From the NCBI RefSeq assembly GCF_044704955.1, contig NC_091985.1:96224001-96288000 (forward strand): 64,000 nucleotides of DNA, in the 5' to 3' direction. The translations under genes were made by a program, and so were the position numbers. The first letter of the stretch is position 1; each line of letters begins with the position of its first letter. Positions 25,797 through 38,151 of this stretch are shown piece after piece. The notes below the pieces were generated by a model. The model did not search any database. It saw nothing but the letters and a program-made list of their open reading frames with translations, and was not told where the DNA came from. This DNA is from Pristiophorus japonicus. Lineage: Eukaryota.

Positions 25797-28700
25797 TCAT
25801 AGCTAGAGGATTTGAGTATAGAAGTAGGGAGGTCTTACTGCAGTTGGACAGGGCCTTAGTGAGGCCTCACCTGGAATATTGTGTTCAGTTTTGGTCTCCT
25901 AACCTGAGGAAGGATGTTCTTGCTATTGAGGGAGTGCAGCGAAGGTTCACCAAACTGATTCCCGGGATGGCAGGACAGACATATGAGGAGAGACTAGATC
26001 GACTGGGCCTGTATCCACTGGAATTTAGAAGGACGAGAGGGGATCTCATAGAAACATATAAAATTCTGACGGACTGGACAGGTTAGATGCAGGAAGAATG
26101 TTCCCGATGTTGGGGAAGTCCAGAACCAGGGAACATAGTCTAAGGATAAGGGGTAAGCCATTTAGGACTGAGATGAGGAGAAACTTCTTCACTCAGAGAG
26201 TTGTTAACCTGTGGTATTCCCTACCGCAGAGAGCTGTTGATGCTCGTTCATTGGATATATTCAAGAGGGAGTTAAATATGGCCCTTACGGCCAAAGGGAT
26301 CAAGGGGTATGGAGAGAAAGCAGGAAAGGGGTACTGAGGTGAATGATCAGCCATGATCTTATTGAATAATGGTGCAGGCTCGAAGCGCCGAATGGCCTAC
26401 TCCTGCACCTATTTTCTATGTTTCTATGTTTCATAAGATCATGGGCTCAGCTCCACTTCCCTGCCCGCTCCCCATAACCCTTTATTCCTTTATCGCTCAA
26501 AAATCTGTCTATCTCTGCCTTAAATATATTCAATGACCCAGCCTCCACAACTCTCTGGCGCAGAGAATTCCATAGATTTACAACCCTCTGAGAGAAGAAA
26601 TTCCTGCTCATCTCAGTTTTAAATGGGCGGCCCCTTATTCTGAGACTATGCCCCCTAGTTTTAGTTTCCCCTATGAGTGGAAATATCCTCTCTGCATCCA
26701 CCTTGTGGAGCCTCCTCATTATCTTATATGTTTCAATAAGGTCACCTCCCATTCTTCTGAACTCCAATGTGTATAGGCCCAACCTACCTTCATAAGGCAA
26801 TCTCCTCATCTCCGGAATCAACCGAGTGAATCTTCTCTGAACTGCCTCCAATGCAATTATATCCTTCCTTAAATATGGTGACCAAAACTGCACGCAGTAC
26901 TCTAGGTGTGGCCTCACCAACGCCCTGTACAGTTGTAGCAGGATTTCTCTGCTTTTATACTCTATCCCCCTTGCAATAAAGGCCAACATTCCATTTGCCT
27001 TCCTGATTATGTAGGTACAGCAAGTACTCACTTTTTGTGTTTCATGTACAAGGACCCCCAGGTCCCTCTGTACTGCAGCACTTTGCAATTTTTCTCCATT
27101 TAAATTATAATTTGCTTTTTTATTTTTTCTGCCAAAGAGAATAACCTCACATTTTCCCACATCTCCATCTGCCAAATTTTTGCCCACTCACTTAACTTGT
27201 CTATATCCCTTTGCAGAATTTTATGTCCTCCTCACAATTTGCTTTCACACCCACCCTTGCATCATCAGCAAACTTGGCTACATTACACTCGGTCCCTTCA
27301 TCCAAGTCATTAATATAGATGTAAATAGTTGAGGCCCCAGCACTGATCCCTGCAGCACCCCACTAGGTTTGCCAACCGGAAAATGACCCATTTATCCCGA
27401 CTTTCTGTTTTCTGTTAGTTAGCCAATCCTCTATCCATATTACCCCCAACCCCGTGAACATCTTGTGCAGTAACATTTTATGTGGCACCTTAATATGGGA
27501 GCCTGGAGGGGAAGTTAAATGATCAACGGTTGAATGGGGAGGCAATCAAGGAGGCAGGATGTGGGTCTCTTAAAGGAGAGGACCGAGAATGCAAGGGGGA
27601 GATGGGAGAAAAAAAAGTGACCTTCACAACTGAAACCTTTTACTGAATTATAAAAGCAAGTTTTATGCTGTATGTGAACATTTTAAAATGCTACTAATTC
27701 TGAACCCTACTGTCTTTCAAGGACTGGTGGAGAGGACAAGGTGGACAATTTTAATAAGATTGTGGATTCTGACATAGGATGTTGGAAAATTCTATAACAG
27801 TGAGGTGCCTTGACATCCAGGATCATAATTTCTCCAATATTAATTGAAACAAAAAGACTTAAGAATCGGCAGTCTGCCTAATACCCCCATTTGTGCCTTG
27901 CTTGGCATCTCATTTCAATAAAATACTCTTAAGAGCTTAACAAAGTCCTCCATAACCTTAATTTCCCTCAACTCAAACAATCTGGGATCATCTAGGTGAC
28001 ATTATGAAGCTGTAAAATGGTGAGTGCACTTATAATTTCAGTTCCTTAGAGATGCATTCCTTTTTCTCGATGATATAACATACACTTAAATGCACTGTGT
28101 GCCCTTCTTACTTTATTTCAGCACGGGAAAGAATTATACTGTTTCTCTGGAGGTTTTCTACCAACCCTTAAACATCAAGGCTTGAGACTCTTTTTGACCA
28201 CTATTTTTAGTATGCTCTTGCATCAAATTACTGAGTCTGCTATTTTAACAAAATTGTTAATTCAGTTCAAATAAATGAGTTAACAACTTTGTTTAAACAA
28301 TGTACATAGGAATCTGATACAAATACATTAAACAATCCACTAAAAATAGTGGACAGAGGAATTAGAAACTCTATTTTTTCTCAAAACCTTTTCATGAAAT
28401 TCTTGCAGGTCTGTGACCAATGATGGTAGGCACCAACTGCATGCTTTGTCATCATTTAATTTATTTTGCCATCATTGAAGGAACACTAGGTTGTACATTA
28501 TTACATTTAAAAATCAAAACACTTTTATATGTCAAAGGTTGGCAAGATAAGTTCTGGCATTTAGCTTACTTTTAGAATGTTGGCTTACAATGCATTTTAA
28601 CAACTCTGGAGTTGGGAGGGGGTGGGGGGGCGGGTGGGAGGAGTTCAGCTAAGGTCTGGGGCAGGGAGAATACACGTCACCCTGCCAACTGTTCATATAC

Positions 28701-31120
28701 TTTCAAAATGCACAGGTATACCCTGTACTATATTTTACCAAAACACTGTGTGCAGCTGTCATGGCAATACATTTTCCCTCTACCTCAACAAAAATGGGAA
28801 TCAACAAATCTAAGCACGCTACCAATACAAGATATTCTTTTTCATATCTTCATATGCTCAAATTCACAGGTACATAAAGTCTGGGCACTTGTGAGAAACA
28901 CATCTCTCAAATTCCTCTTTCCCACAAACATCATTTTTCTATCTGTTTGCAGGAGAAGGCTACCTGTATAAAGCACCAGTACTTGAGTAGGGAGAGGGGA
29001 GAATGTACTACATGAACCTTCACTTCTTGCAAGGAGAGGAACCTAAATATTCTAGGTGTAAAGGCAATAGTGGAGTGGGGAAGAGCAAAGTTGGAGACCT
29101 TCTGCAAACTTGTGGCTTATATCATCCTTTGTCTTTCATTCTTTATCTACTCACTCACCCACACATAGGCATTTCAGTGCAATAGTGCAGCATACTACAA
29201 TGGAATGTCTTGCTATGTAAGCCCTTTTTCGAAGGTCGTCTAATAGCCAACATTCTAAAATCTGTTCTTCTGCTCCTCCAAGAGGACTCAGCAGAGCATA
29301 ATGTGCAGCCTCAAGCAAGCACCTCAAAGCATTCTGCATCACGCAATTCGACTGTAGCAATACCGGCATAGATATATCGCACTTTGGAGTGCGGTGGGGA
29401 GGAGTTAGTGAAATCAGGCAGAGTTATAGGAGGAAACGGAGTGGATTGAAGAACACGAATGAGAGGGAACTAATGAAGGTGGAACAGAAGGAGTCGCAGT
29501 GGGCTGGCTGGAGTGTTAATTTGAGAACTGCAGCAACTGCTAAGTTCAGAGATTTTGATCTCACAGGGTTTACCCACAATTGCAATTTGGTAGTACATCA
29601 TCAGCAGTTTGTGCAGTTATTTAAGAGTGTGCCAAGCAGCCTGCACAGTTTGGAGGCATCTATAGAGCAATCTACAACCTCGGTTCAGGTGCTGAGATTG
29701 TATCATGGGGCAAGGACCTCATTTAACATTGATTTTGAGGCCTTAATGATCCTAGTACCTGGTGCAGAGTCCTTCAAGGCCACAAGCATTTTCGCACCAC
29801 ATTATTACAGCAATTCTCAGTACTCAATAATATGGGTTGCCTACATCAGTGCACATCAATACTATGGGCACCGAGCACTGCATTAGCAGTCCCACAATCT
29901 CATACTGTACTACATTGCACACATTCTTTGAACAAGCGGATATTAGACACAATCCACAGTTTCTTTAGGGTAAAGCAATGGATATTTCTGTTTAATTGTA
30001 AATAAATATATGAAGCACCGAAGAATGCTGCAAGTACTATCAAGTGCACTATTTCAAATATAAATATCATGAGCAAAATCTGTATAATTTAAATTGCCTT
30101 TTTCAGTCATTTCTCTTGAAGAAGTGCATTTATAATCTGTTTGAAAAATTAGCCTTCATGCGTAGCACAGTACAATGCAGTGCATTGAAGGCCTAAGGAC
30201 TAGTCACTAGGGTTATTAAAGTCTCAAATAACTGAACAGGTGAATTCAATAGGTTTATTCTTATTCTCATTTCAGCTTTGGTAGTGGTGTGTTGATTCAA
30301 ATCGAGATTTGATGCACATACCTTACGGCTCATGTTACAGAGTTCTTCATTTGACCAAATTCAGAATGAACTACTGAACTCAAGCAACCTTTGTTATTAG
30401 CATGATGGGGTTTCAACGTTATCCATTCTGCAAAATCTTAAGCACTTTGTTGCTTGACAATATCAAATAATGACTTATGATAATCGGATTAGCATATGAG
30501 TAGCTCCTTTATATTTTTTCCTGAACAGATAGACAAGACTTAATGGTATTACACTTCAAAAATACAAAGGCTGCAATCAACAATTCAAATATATACACAG
30601 GCAATGGTTCTGTACATTAACATCTATACATCCACAACCAGTAGTTTATTCAGGGTTCAGGAAGCTCTGTTTTCATCATAAAAGATCAGTTTCAAGGTTG
30701 ATAACTGACCGTACATGTGGTTAACAATTCCAGCTTACTGAGAAATGCTACAAGGCCTCAATAAAATCTCGCTTTCAGTTGCCTCTTGATTTCTGTCCTG
30801 TTTAAAGATTTTCAAACAACAAAATGAGCAATTCGTAATGCAGATCTTTGTGATAGTATACAGTCGACATGATATTGCTCTGGAAGCCTGTTAAATCTTA
30901 TTTGGAGATGTTTAGAGCTCTCAAATGTTTGAAGATCCTTGGTTTAGGATCAGCCATGAAGAGTTTCAGTTTTGGAAAATTATGAAACATTATTATTTCC
31001 TACAGCCACTCACAATCCACGTTTCTTTACAAATTGACTCATCACAAATATCAATAATGTGAGTATATATGCGATAGAGATGATTAGTTCTACTAACTTA
31101 AAAAGTCTAGTTTTGTTCAG

Positions 31121-32453
31121 TGTTATGCTCATAATAAATGGTCAGACCGAGTACTGTGTGTAATGAGCAAGTGTGACCTTCGCTCCTTTATTGTAGTTCC
31201 AGAGTGCAGGTACCTCGTGGGTGGCCTGCCTATATACTGTGCTCCCAAGGGATGCTGGGATCCCTTGGGACTCCAACAGGTAGGCCCTCTGGTGGACAGA
31301 TGTGATGCAGGGTACAAGGGGTTAAATACATAACATCACTCCCCCGTGAAGTCAACAATACACTTATTTACAAGGTGAGATGATCCGGAGCTTTTCACTC
31401 CCTTGTCGATCGTCTCAGTACAAATGCAGGTGTGGTTGGGTTGGTCAGTTCTTCATTGGGCTGCTGGGCAGCCGGCCTTGCCGGGCTGCAGGGGATGATG
31501 AGTTCTGTTTCGTGGTCAACTGTGATGTCAGTTGCCACTTGTGTGTGTGTTGGAAGGTCAAAGTTGGCGGTGTCCTCTTCAGGTTGTACATAGCTGTTGG
31601 TGAACCGCAGTTTAATTTGGTCCAAGTGTTTTCTGTGCGTTTGTCCATTTGTCAGTTTGACCTGAAATACCCTACTCCCCTCTTTGGCTGTGACCGTGCC
31701 AGCAAGCCATTTGGGACCACGTCCATAATTGAGCACAAACACAGGATCATTGATTTCAACATCGCGTGACAAGTTTGCGCGGTCATGGTGCACACTTAGT
31801 TGATGCCGCTTGACCTCCACATGATCATGTAGATCAGGGTGGACCAGAGAGAGCCTTGTTTTAAGCGCCCTTTTCATGAGCAGCTCAGCTCTGGGGAATC
31901 CCAGTGAGTGATTGGGGTCTGGTGCGGTAGCTGAGCAGTACTCGGGACAACCGGATCTGCAGGGAGCCTTCCGACACGCGTTTCAAGCTTTGCTTGATGG
32001 CCTGAACTTCCCGTTCTGCCTGGCCAATGGATGCGGGTTTGAACGGCGCAGATGTGACATGTTTGATCCCGTTGCGGGTCATGAATTCTTTGAATTCAGC
32101 ACTGGTGAAGCACGGCCCATTGTCGCTGACTAGAACATCAGGCAGGCCGTGCATGGCAAACATAGCTCGTAGACATTCAGTGGTGGCCGTAGACGTGCTT
32201 ACGGACATTATTGCACATTCAATCCATTTTGAGTAAGCGTCCACGACAACCAAAAACATTTTGCCGAGGAATGGGCCCGCAGAGTCTACATGGATCCTCG
32301 ACCACGGTTTGGATGGCCAGGACCACAAATTTAGCGGTGCCTCTCTGGGTGCATTGCTCAACTGAGAGCAAGTGTTGCACTGGCGCTCACATGACTCGAA
32401 GTCTGAGTCGATGACAGATGTGATGCAGGGTACAAGGGGTTAAATACATAACA
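31121..32453 (-). mobile_element. Internally deleted Gypsy LTR element (41 bp of 5' LTR, integrase, PPT, 3' LTR)
   Basis: 3' LTR 31121-31335; identical LTR start at 32413-32453; TSD TTCAG/TTAAG; integrase WSRIHVD...VVDAYSKW...VSDNGPCF...GQAER and GPKW motif; PPT GGGGGAGTGA. Confidence 0.92.
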
Positions 32454-33118
32454 TTAAGAATTTCTTGCTTACAGACAATATAAATTCTGTAAACATTCAC
32501 AAGACTCAGTCCTTGCTTCTCGTACCACAACAGTAGGAAAGATGGAGACAGATAGTTTGCATCCACCATCATTTTTCCAACAGCAGCTTTTCAAAGATCT
32601 CGGTGATCTTAACCTGAAAATGTTTTTATGACAACTGTGTAGGTGAGACTGTTGAGGATCTTTGTTGTAATATGGTGTCAAACTCAATCTGTCTGTCACT
32701 ATTTTTGGTATTACTGAATATGCTGCTCTGTTGTCAACAAAGACCTCACATTGTGATTGCTAACGAGAAATTCTTGCTTACAATTTCTGACACCACTGGA
32801 CATTTCATTGAAGGTCAGTTGTCTCCTCCATTTATAGTACTCTGGAATTGTCTGAATGTTTTGTCAGATACTTGTTGCATCATTTGTGTGCACAATAGTT
32901 AAAGCATTACAAATACCCAAGAGTGTGTTATAAGACTGTGACAAACTGGGGAGGTTATGGCAATGTTTTAAACTTGAAACAAAAACAAAAAAAGAGAGGT
33001 TATTAATGTGTTTTAAAAATGTGTTTTGCACATGGAACTCCCTAGACAATGGTGAAGCTGAATCCATAATAAAATGGAAGGGGATGAATAATAGAAAAAT
33101 ATGCATTTTTAGAGGGTA

Positions 33119-33463
33119 GAGGTTGAACCTCCCTTATCCAGAACTCTCTTAACCGGTACCACCCCTCGTTCAGAACCATTCCCGGCCACCGGGTGGCGCA
33201 TGCGCAGAACTCCGACATGAACAAATTGAAATCCTTCCTCGCTGCCAACTCCCGCAATCACTGGCCTGACCCCGCGATCCACTGCCCCCTCCCCACTGCC
33301 ATGATCTCTCTGTCGCACTCCCAGCCCGAAGCCAGCCAGCCCAGATATCCCCTTGCTCAGTACCTGTACCATCCAATTTAACGTGACCGCCCCTCGTCCA
33401 GAAACATCCCTTATCCAGAACAAGTCAGGTCCCGAGGGTTCCAGATAAGAGAGGTTTAACCTG
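33119..33463. mobile_element. Tc1/mariner (Tigger-like) MITE, 345 bp
   Basis: TA TSD on both sides; TIRs GAGGTTGAACCTCCCTTATC / GATAAGAGAGGTTTAACCTG. Confidence 0.85.
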
Positions 33464-33546
33464 TATAGGGAAAGGACAGAATGGGTCTAAGTGGGTAGCT
33501 GTTTCAGAGAGCCAGTACAGGGGTCTTTTATCCTGCAAAATTCTAT

Positions 33547-36390
33547 GGGCTGGATCTTTTGCGCATGCGCAGGTGACCTGGCCCACTTCCAACACAGCGG
33601 GAGAGATGGCATAGCAGGAGGGGAGACAACTTTCAAGCCGCTTCCCTCCAGTGGTTGCTGAGGTGTTAGTGCAGGCCAGAGAGGAGATGGCCTACACTCC
33701 ATCTAGTGGGTGGAAGGAGGCCCATGCCCAGCATCTTCAGGAGGATATAGAAGGAGATAGCCCAGGAGATGTCAGCGGTAGACACAGTGGTCAGAATTGG
33801 CACACAATGCCGCAAGATGTTCAACGACCTCACGAGGGCCGTCAGGGTGAGTACCCTTCATTTATGTAGGCCCGCCATGGTTGCAACATCAGTGTGTCAC
33901 ACAATGTTAAGTCTTTGATGGAGCTGCTCCTTCTCTATGTGTTACAGACCATGGTGTAGGTCGGTGAAGCCACCTGAAAGCTGCAGGCTCACTTCTGCAG
34001 CCATGCACTCTGCATTCAGGAAGTACGTACCCTCTTGTCCCCTAATCAGTCAATCCTCCTCGTACTCCCCTTCCACTGTTGTTATGCCTTGTCCAAAGGT
34101 CACCCTGAGCCGCTATGTTACCTGGCTCTCATCTCCTCCCACTTTTCAAACGTGGTCAGTCACCAGCCACACAGGTTGAACTAAACACATTTGCACTTCC
34201 ACACAGTAGCAGCTATTCTACTATGGAATGCATATGTGGCATAAGAGGAGCTGCACACTTACTCAACCCTTCTTACTGCTCTTATTGCAGGCCAAGCTAT
34301 CGCATAATAGGAGGGAGCAGCAGCACACCCCGGGGGCAGACAGCCTGAGCCGCAGGAGCTGACAGAGGTGGAACAGAGAGTGTCGGCCCTCATGGGCACA
34401 CCAGTTCTCACAGTGGCCGGCGGCGAGGCCGAGCCCCCTACAGATAGTGACAGTATGTGAATAGTGTTTGTGATTGATGTGAATTCCTTGAGCCCCAATA
34501 TCAAGTGGCGTAGCCCCATTACATATAGATTTACAATGCCACCTTCCTCTTATCTGCCTGTCCCCTCCCCTGTTGCTAAGCACACGTCTGTTGTTTTGTG
34601 CTTACAGGCTCCTGGCCCCAGTGGCCTACAGCAGTGTCTAGCAGGAGGGGAAGCTCAGAGACCAACTCCTTGGAGGGTGAGTCGGCACAGCACTCCTGCT
34701 GAGAGACAGGCAGACATGGACCTGAACTTGGTGGCTATGTCCAGTGAGAACATGGAAATGCACCACAAGCTCATGGGTGCATAGGGTAGGGTCCTGCAAA
34801 TCATAGACGCATTTGCTGTGAGTGTAGCGGAGGCCGCCTCATGCATTGTCTGTGCATCTGAGGACTCCAGCGAGCCCATCCTTGGCCGCTCACAGAGGCA
34901 GATAGCTCCAGCAGCAACAGTGGTGTTCCAGAGTGCGTGGCACGTGCCATGCGTGAGGTTGCAGCAGCGATTGCATCGCAGGCACAAGCTATGCTCCAGT
35001 TTACTGATGTCATGCAATCACTGACTGCTGTCATTCTCTCTGTGTTCCCCACTGTCTAACGGTGAAGTGACAGTGCTGATGTAGGCCAGCAAGTTGTGGT
35101 CGCACATCGTGCCTTGGATGCCGAGACCCAGCCCCGTGTGAGTGCCAGTGGTCCCCAGGAACTGGAAGGTGCTAGCCTTCCTCAAGATGGCAGCATTCTG
35201 GCTCCCACCACTGACTCTCTGACCTTGGTCCACTCCCGATCTATCAGAGACTGCTGCTGCCGATGCTGAGGTGTAGCAGTCTGCAGCCGGGCCTTCCAGG
35301 CCCAGAGCTGGTCCAGGGCGTCGTCCTAGGCCATCTGCACTGTCTGGCCCACCAACACAGCAGCCCTCAAGCAGCCTTGCTGCAGGCACTGAGGCCTCAT
35401 TGAGGAGGAGCAGCAGGCATGGGTGGGGGATGAAGGGAAAGGGGTGGAAAGCTCAGGGCAAGTCCTATTTAGAGGTGGGACAACATTGCCCTGATTTATT
35501 GTTATGACACAAGTAAATAATTGAGTTCAGTTAATCCACTTCATTGTTCTTGAATGCCTTGCAGCAGAACGCTGTTTATTGAATGGTTTTGTTTTGGTGG
35601 GTGGGGGGGAATGTTTGTTACTTTGTTGGAGTAAAATGTCACTTTGACCCTTTGCCATTGGTGTGGTGTGTATCATTCCAAAGTTCACCGAAGATGTACC
35701 TTTATATGGTGGTACATAGCACGGCCAGTATTAACTGCATCCCTCAGCATCCTCCATTCAAGCAAACCGGTCCATTATGAGCTGGCGACGTGCGGCTGTT
35801 GGTCTGGCAGCATCACCATGCGGCCTCCCTCATGGATGGTGTGGCTGTGCGATCGGGGCCTCACCAGGCTCCTCTTCGTTGTCCTCCTCCTCCTGAGGTG
35901 GGCCTGCAATCTCTACTGGCAATGCCTGGCCCCTCATGATGGCCAAGTTGTGCAGCATGCAACACATCACAATGAATTCGAAGACCTGTTGAGGGGAGTA
36001 TTGAAGGCTTCCTCCAGAGTGGTCCAGGCATCAGAAGCGCTGTTTGAGCATGCCAATTGTCTGTTCGATGATGTTGCGGGTGGCTGCATGGCTCTCTTTG
36101 TAGCACTGCTCTGCTTCTGTGGTGGGGTTACGAAGGAGGGTCATTAGCCAGGTGGCTAGGCTATATCCTTTGCCCCGAGCAGCCAGCCGTGCTATTCCCT
36201 TTGTTGCTGAAACAATTGTGAGACAATGCTCTCACGCAAGGTGAAAGCATCATGTGCGCTCCCTGGATAGCGGGCATTCACTGCGAGGATGCGCTGCATG
36301 TGGTCGCACACCAGCTGCACATTTAGGGGGTGGTATCCCTTTCGGTTTCTGAATACCTTTGCCTTGTGGAATGATGCTCGAGCATGTGAT
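33547..36390. mobile_element. Decayed Harbinger transposon #2, truncated on the right
   Basis: Left end GGGCTGGATCTTT; Myb-like gene on + from ~33607 (QCRKMFNDLTR, then gtgagt; ttgcag then AKLSHNRREQ); nuclease on - at ~35750-36390 (FRNRKGYHPLNVQLVCD...RYPGSAHDAF). Confidence 0.82.
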
Positions 36391-36783
36391 CTTATTGAAA
36401 CATATAAGATAATGAGGAGGTTCGACAAGGTAGATACAGAGAGGATGTTTCCTCATGGGGGAATCTAGAACTAGGGGGCATAGTTTCTGAATAAGGGGTC
36501 GCCCATTTAAAACTGAGATGAGGATGAATTTCTTCTCTCAGAGGGTTGTCAAGCTATGGTATTCTCTGCCCCAGAGAGCTGCGGAGGCTGGGTCATTGAA
36601 TATATTTAAGGCAGAGATAGACAGATTTTTGAGCGATAAGGAGTAAAGGGTTATGGGGAGCGGGCAGGGAAGTGGAGCTGAGCCCATGATCAGATCAGCC
36701 ATGATCTTATTGAACGGCGGAGCAGGCGTGTAGGGCAAAATGGCCTACTCCTGCTCCTATTTCTTATGTTCTTGTGTTCTTAT
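36391..36783 (+). mobile_element. CR1 3' fragment
   Basis: DLIETYKIM...TRGH...FFSQRVV and (TTCTTATG)n tail. Confidence 0.9.
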
Positions 36784-38151
36784 ATCTTTACTTGGGTTTT
36801 AGATGGTCTCAAAAAAGTTCAGAAAAAAGGTAAAAACTGAGTTTTTAAAATTTCATGTGGGCTAAATTCAATAGCCCCCCAAAATGGATGCAGAGAACAT
36901 GATTCATGATTAATCAGCTTCCGATGCAAGCAGCACACAAACTTCAGACTGCCTGCTAATTTAAATGATTGGATTGTTCCCTCTGATTTTGTTTTGTGCC
37001 ACGCGGCCCCTTTAAGGGATTGTGCGTTTTTGTATTGGAAAGCTGGCAAGCTGGCTGCGCGGTATCCCTGGACCGCTGCACGGCCACACAGCTTACAGAG
37101 AACATTGGCGAGCAGCCAGCGCTAAACATGCTATTGTGTGGCTGCACGCCTCAGCAGGGGGCCCAGGTTTGTGTGAGGCTAGCACCACTTAAAGGTAGCC
37201 TGCAGTTCTTAAATCCAGCCTGCACCTGTGAAAGTGGAGGTGTATTCTGGCTGGAGCAGGTGTGGGAACTCTTTGTAGAGGAGACTCTGAGCAGGAGGAA
37301 GACTGAATAATGGCACAACATGGGAGAGAGCGTGCTCCAAAATTTTCTGACACTTCACTGGAGGCTTAAGTGCAGGAGTTGGACAGAAAGAGAAAGATCC
37401 TCTATCCACAGGGGGCCAGGAGGCACTCCAGACTAACTCTGTGAAGGTAGTGGGAGCAGATAGCCGTGGCAGTCAATGCAAGCGTCAAGCCCCGAGGACT
37501 TGGATACAGTGTTGCAAGAAGCTCAATGACCTCACGTGAGTGGTCGTCAGTAATTCATCTTCAAATACCATATCCCACCAACTACACCACTACCCTCATA
37601 CACTGCTTAATGCACCACACTCTCATCACACACCTACCAGCAATCTTTATCAAACAGGACTCATACCTCACATTCATAGCTTCACTTCACACTCACACAC
37701 TGCCAGCTATTCAAGCATGACAGGCACCCAAGCACATTGTACCACACTCACTGGCATACTTTCCTCTCTCTTGCAGGACAAAGTGACACATAACCGTAGG
37801 CAGCTGGTGCTAACCAGAGGGGGACAGACATGACTGTCATGACATTACCCGATGGAGGGGATGGTGGTTGCCACCATTGGAGCGGACATCCCTGAGCCCG
37901 TGGCCAGCTGCAGAGCTTAAACAATCAAAGATGACAGTATCCTCATACTCGATCCTGATTCTCACATTCCACTTCCCCCTCATCATAAAAATGTCTTTTG
38001 ATTTAAAAGCTGAAGATTCTGTAAGCATGCATCTCTTACTTCCCAACCCCCTCCCCGCACCACAACCCTATCCTTGTCCCTTTCTCCTTTCAGATACTGA
38101 AGAACTGAAACCTGACCAGGCAGTGATAGAAAAGGAAGGCGGCAATTAATG

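Larger units (their letters stand above)
19955..26432 (+). mobile_element. Near full-length degenerate CR1 (partial ORF1 esterase, ORF2 APE+RT), interrupted by a MITE and a younger CR1
   Basis: IGDSIVRG...HIGTND esterase; GVVYRPP, LDW and SDQN endonuclease motifs; [15 protein letters not shown] and FADD RT motifs; many stops and frameshifts; TTCTATGT tail at ~26415-26432. Confidence 0.93.
19887..27490 (-). mobile_element. CR1 3' fragment split into tail (19887-19954) and body (26433-27490) by a later CR1
   Basis: The tail ...CTGCCATT continues as (C)ATAAGATCATGG at 26433; ORF 26447-27187 encodes the CR1 ORF2 C-terminus. Confidence 0.85.
18640..27610 (-). mobile_element. Old L2-clade LINE RT fragment in three pieces (18640-19297, 19866-19886, 27491-27610)
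   Basis: NYCPISN...VVISQL..YISQNSLLESLQSGF...ALAKVTN; the flanks rejoin across a TAATA duplication at 19882-19886 / 27491-27495. Confidence 0.72.

Noticed and set aside
25151-26086. ORF with a duplicated RT C-terminus
   Set aside because: Read-through across the tail of the inserted CR1 into the host CR1; the same artefact explains 48670-49626.
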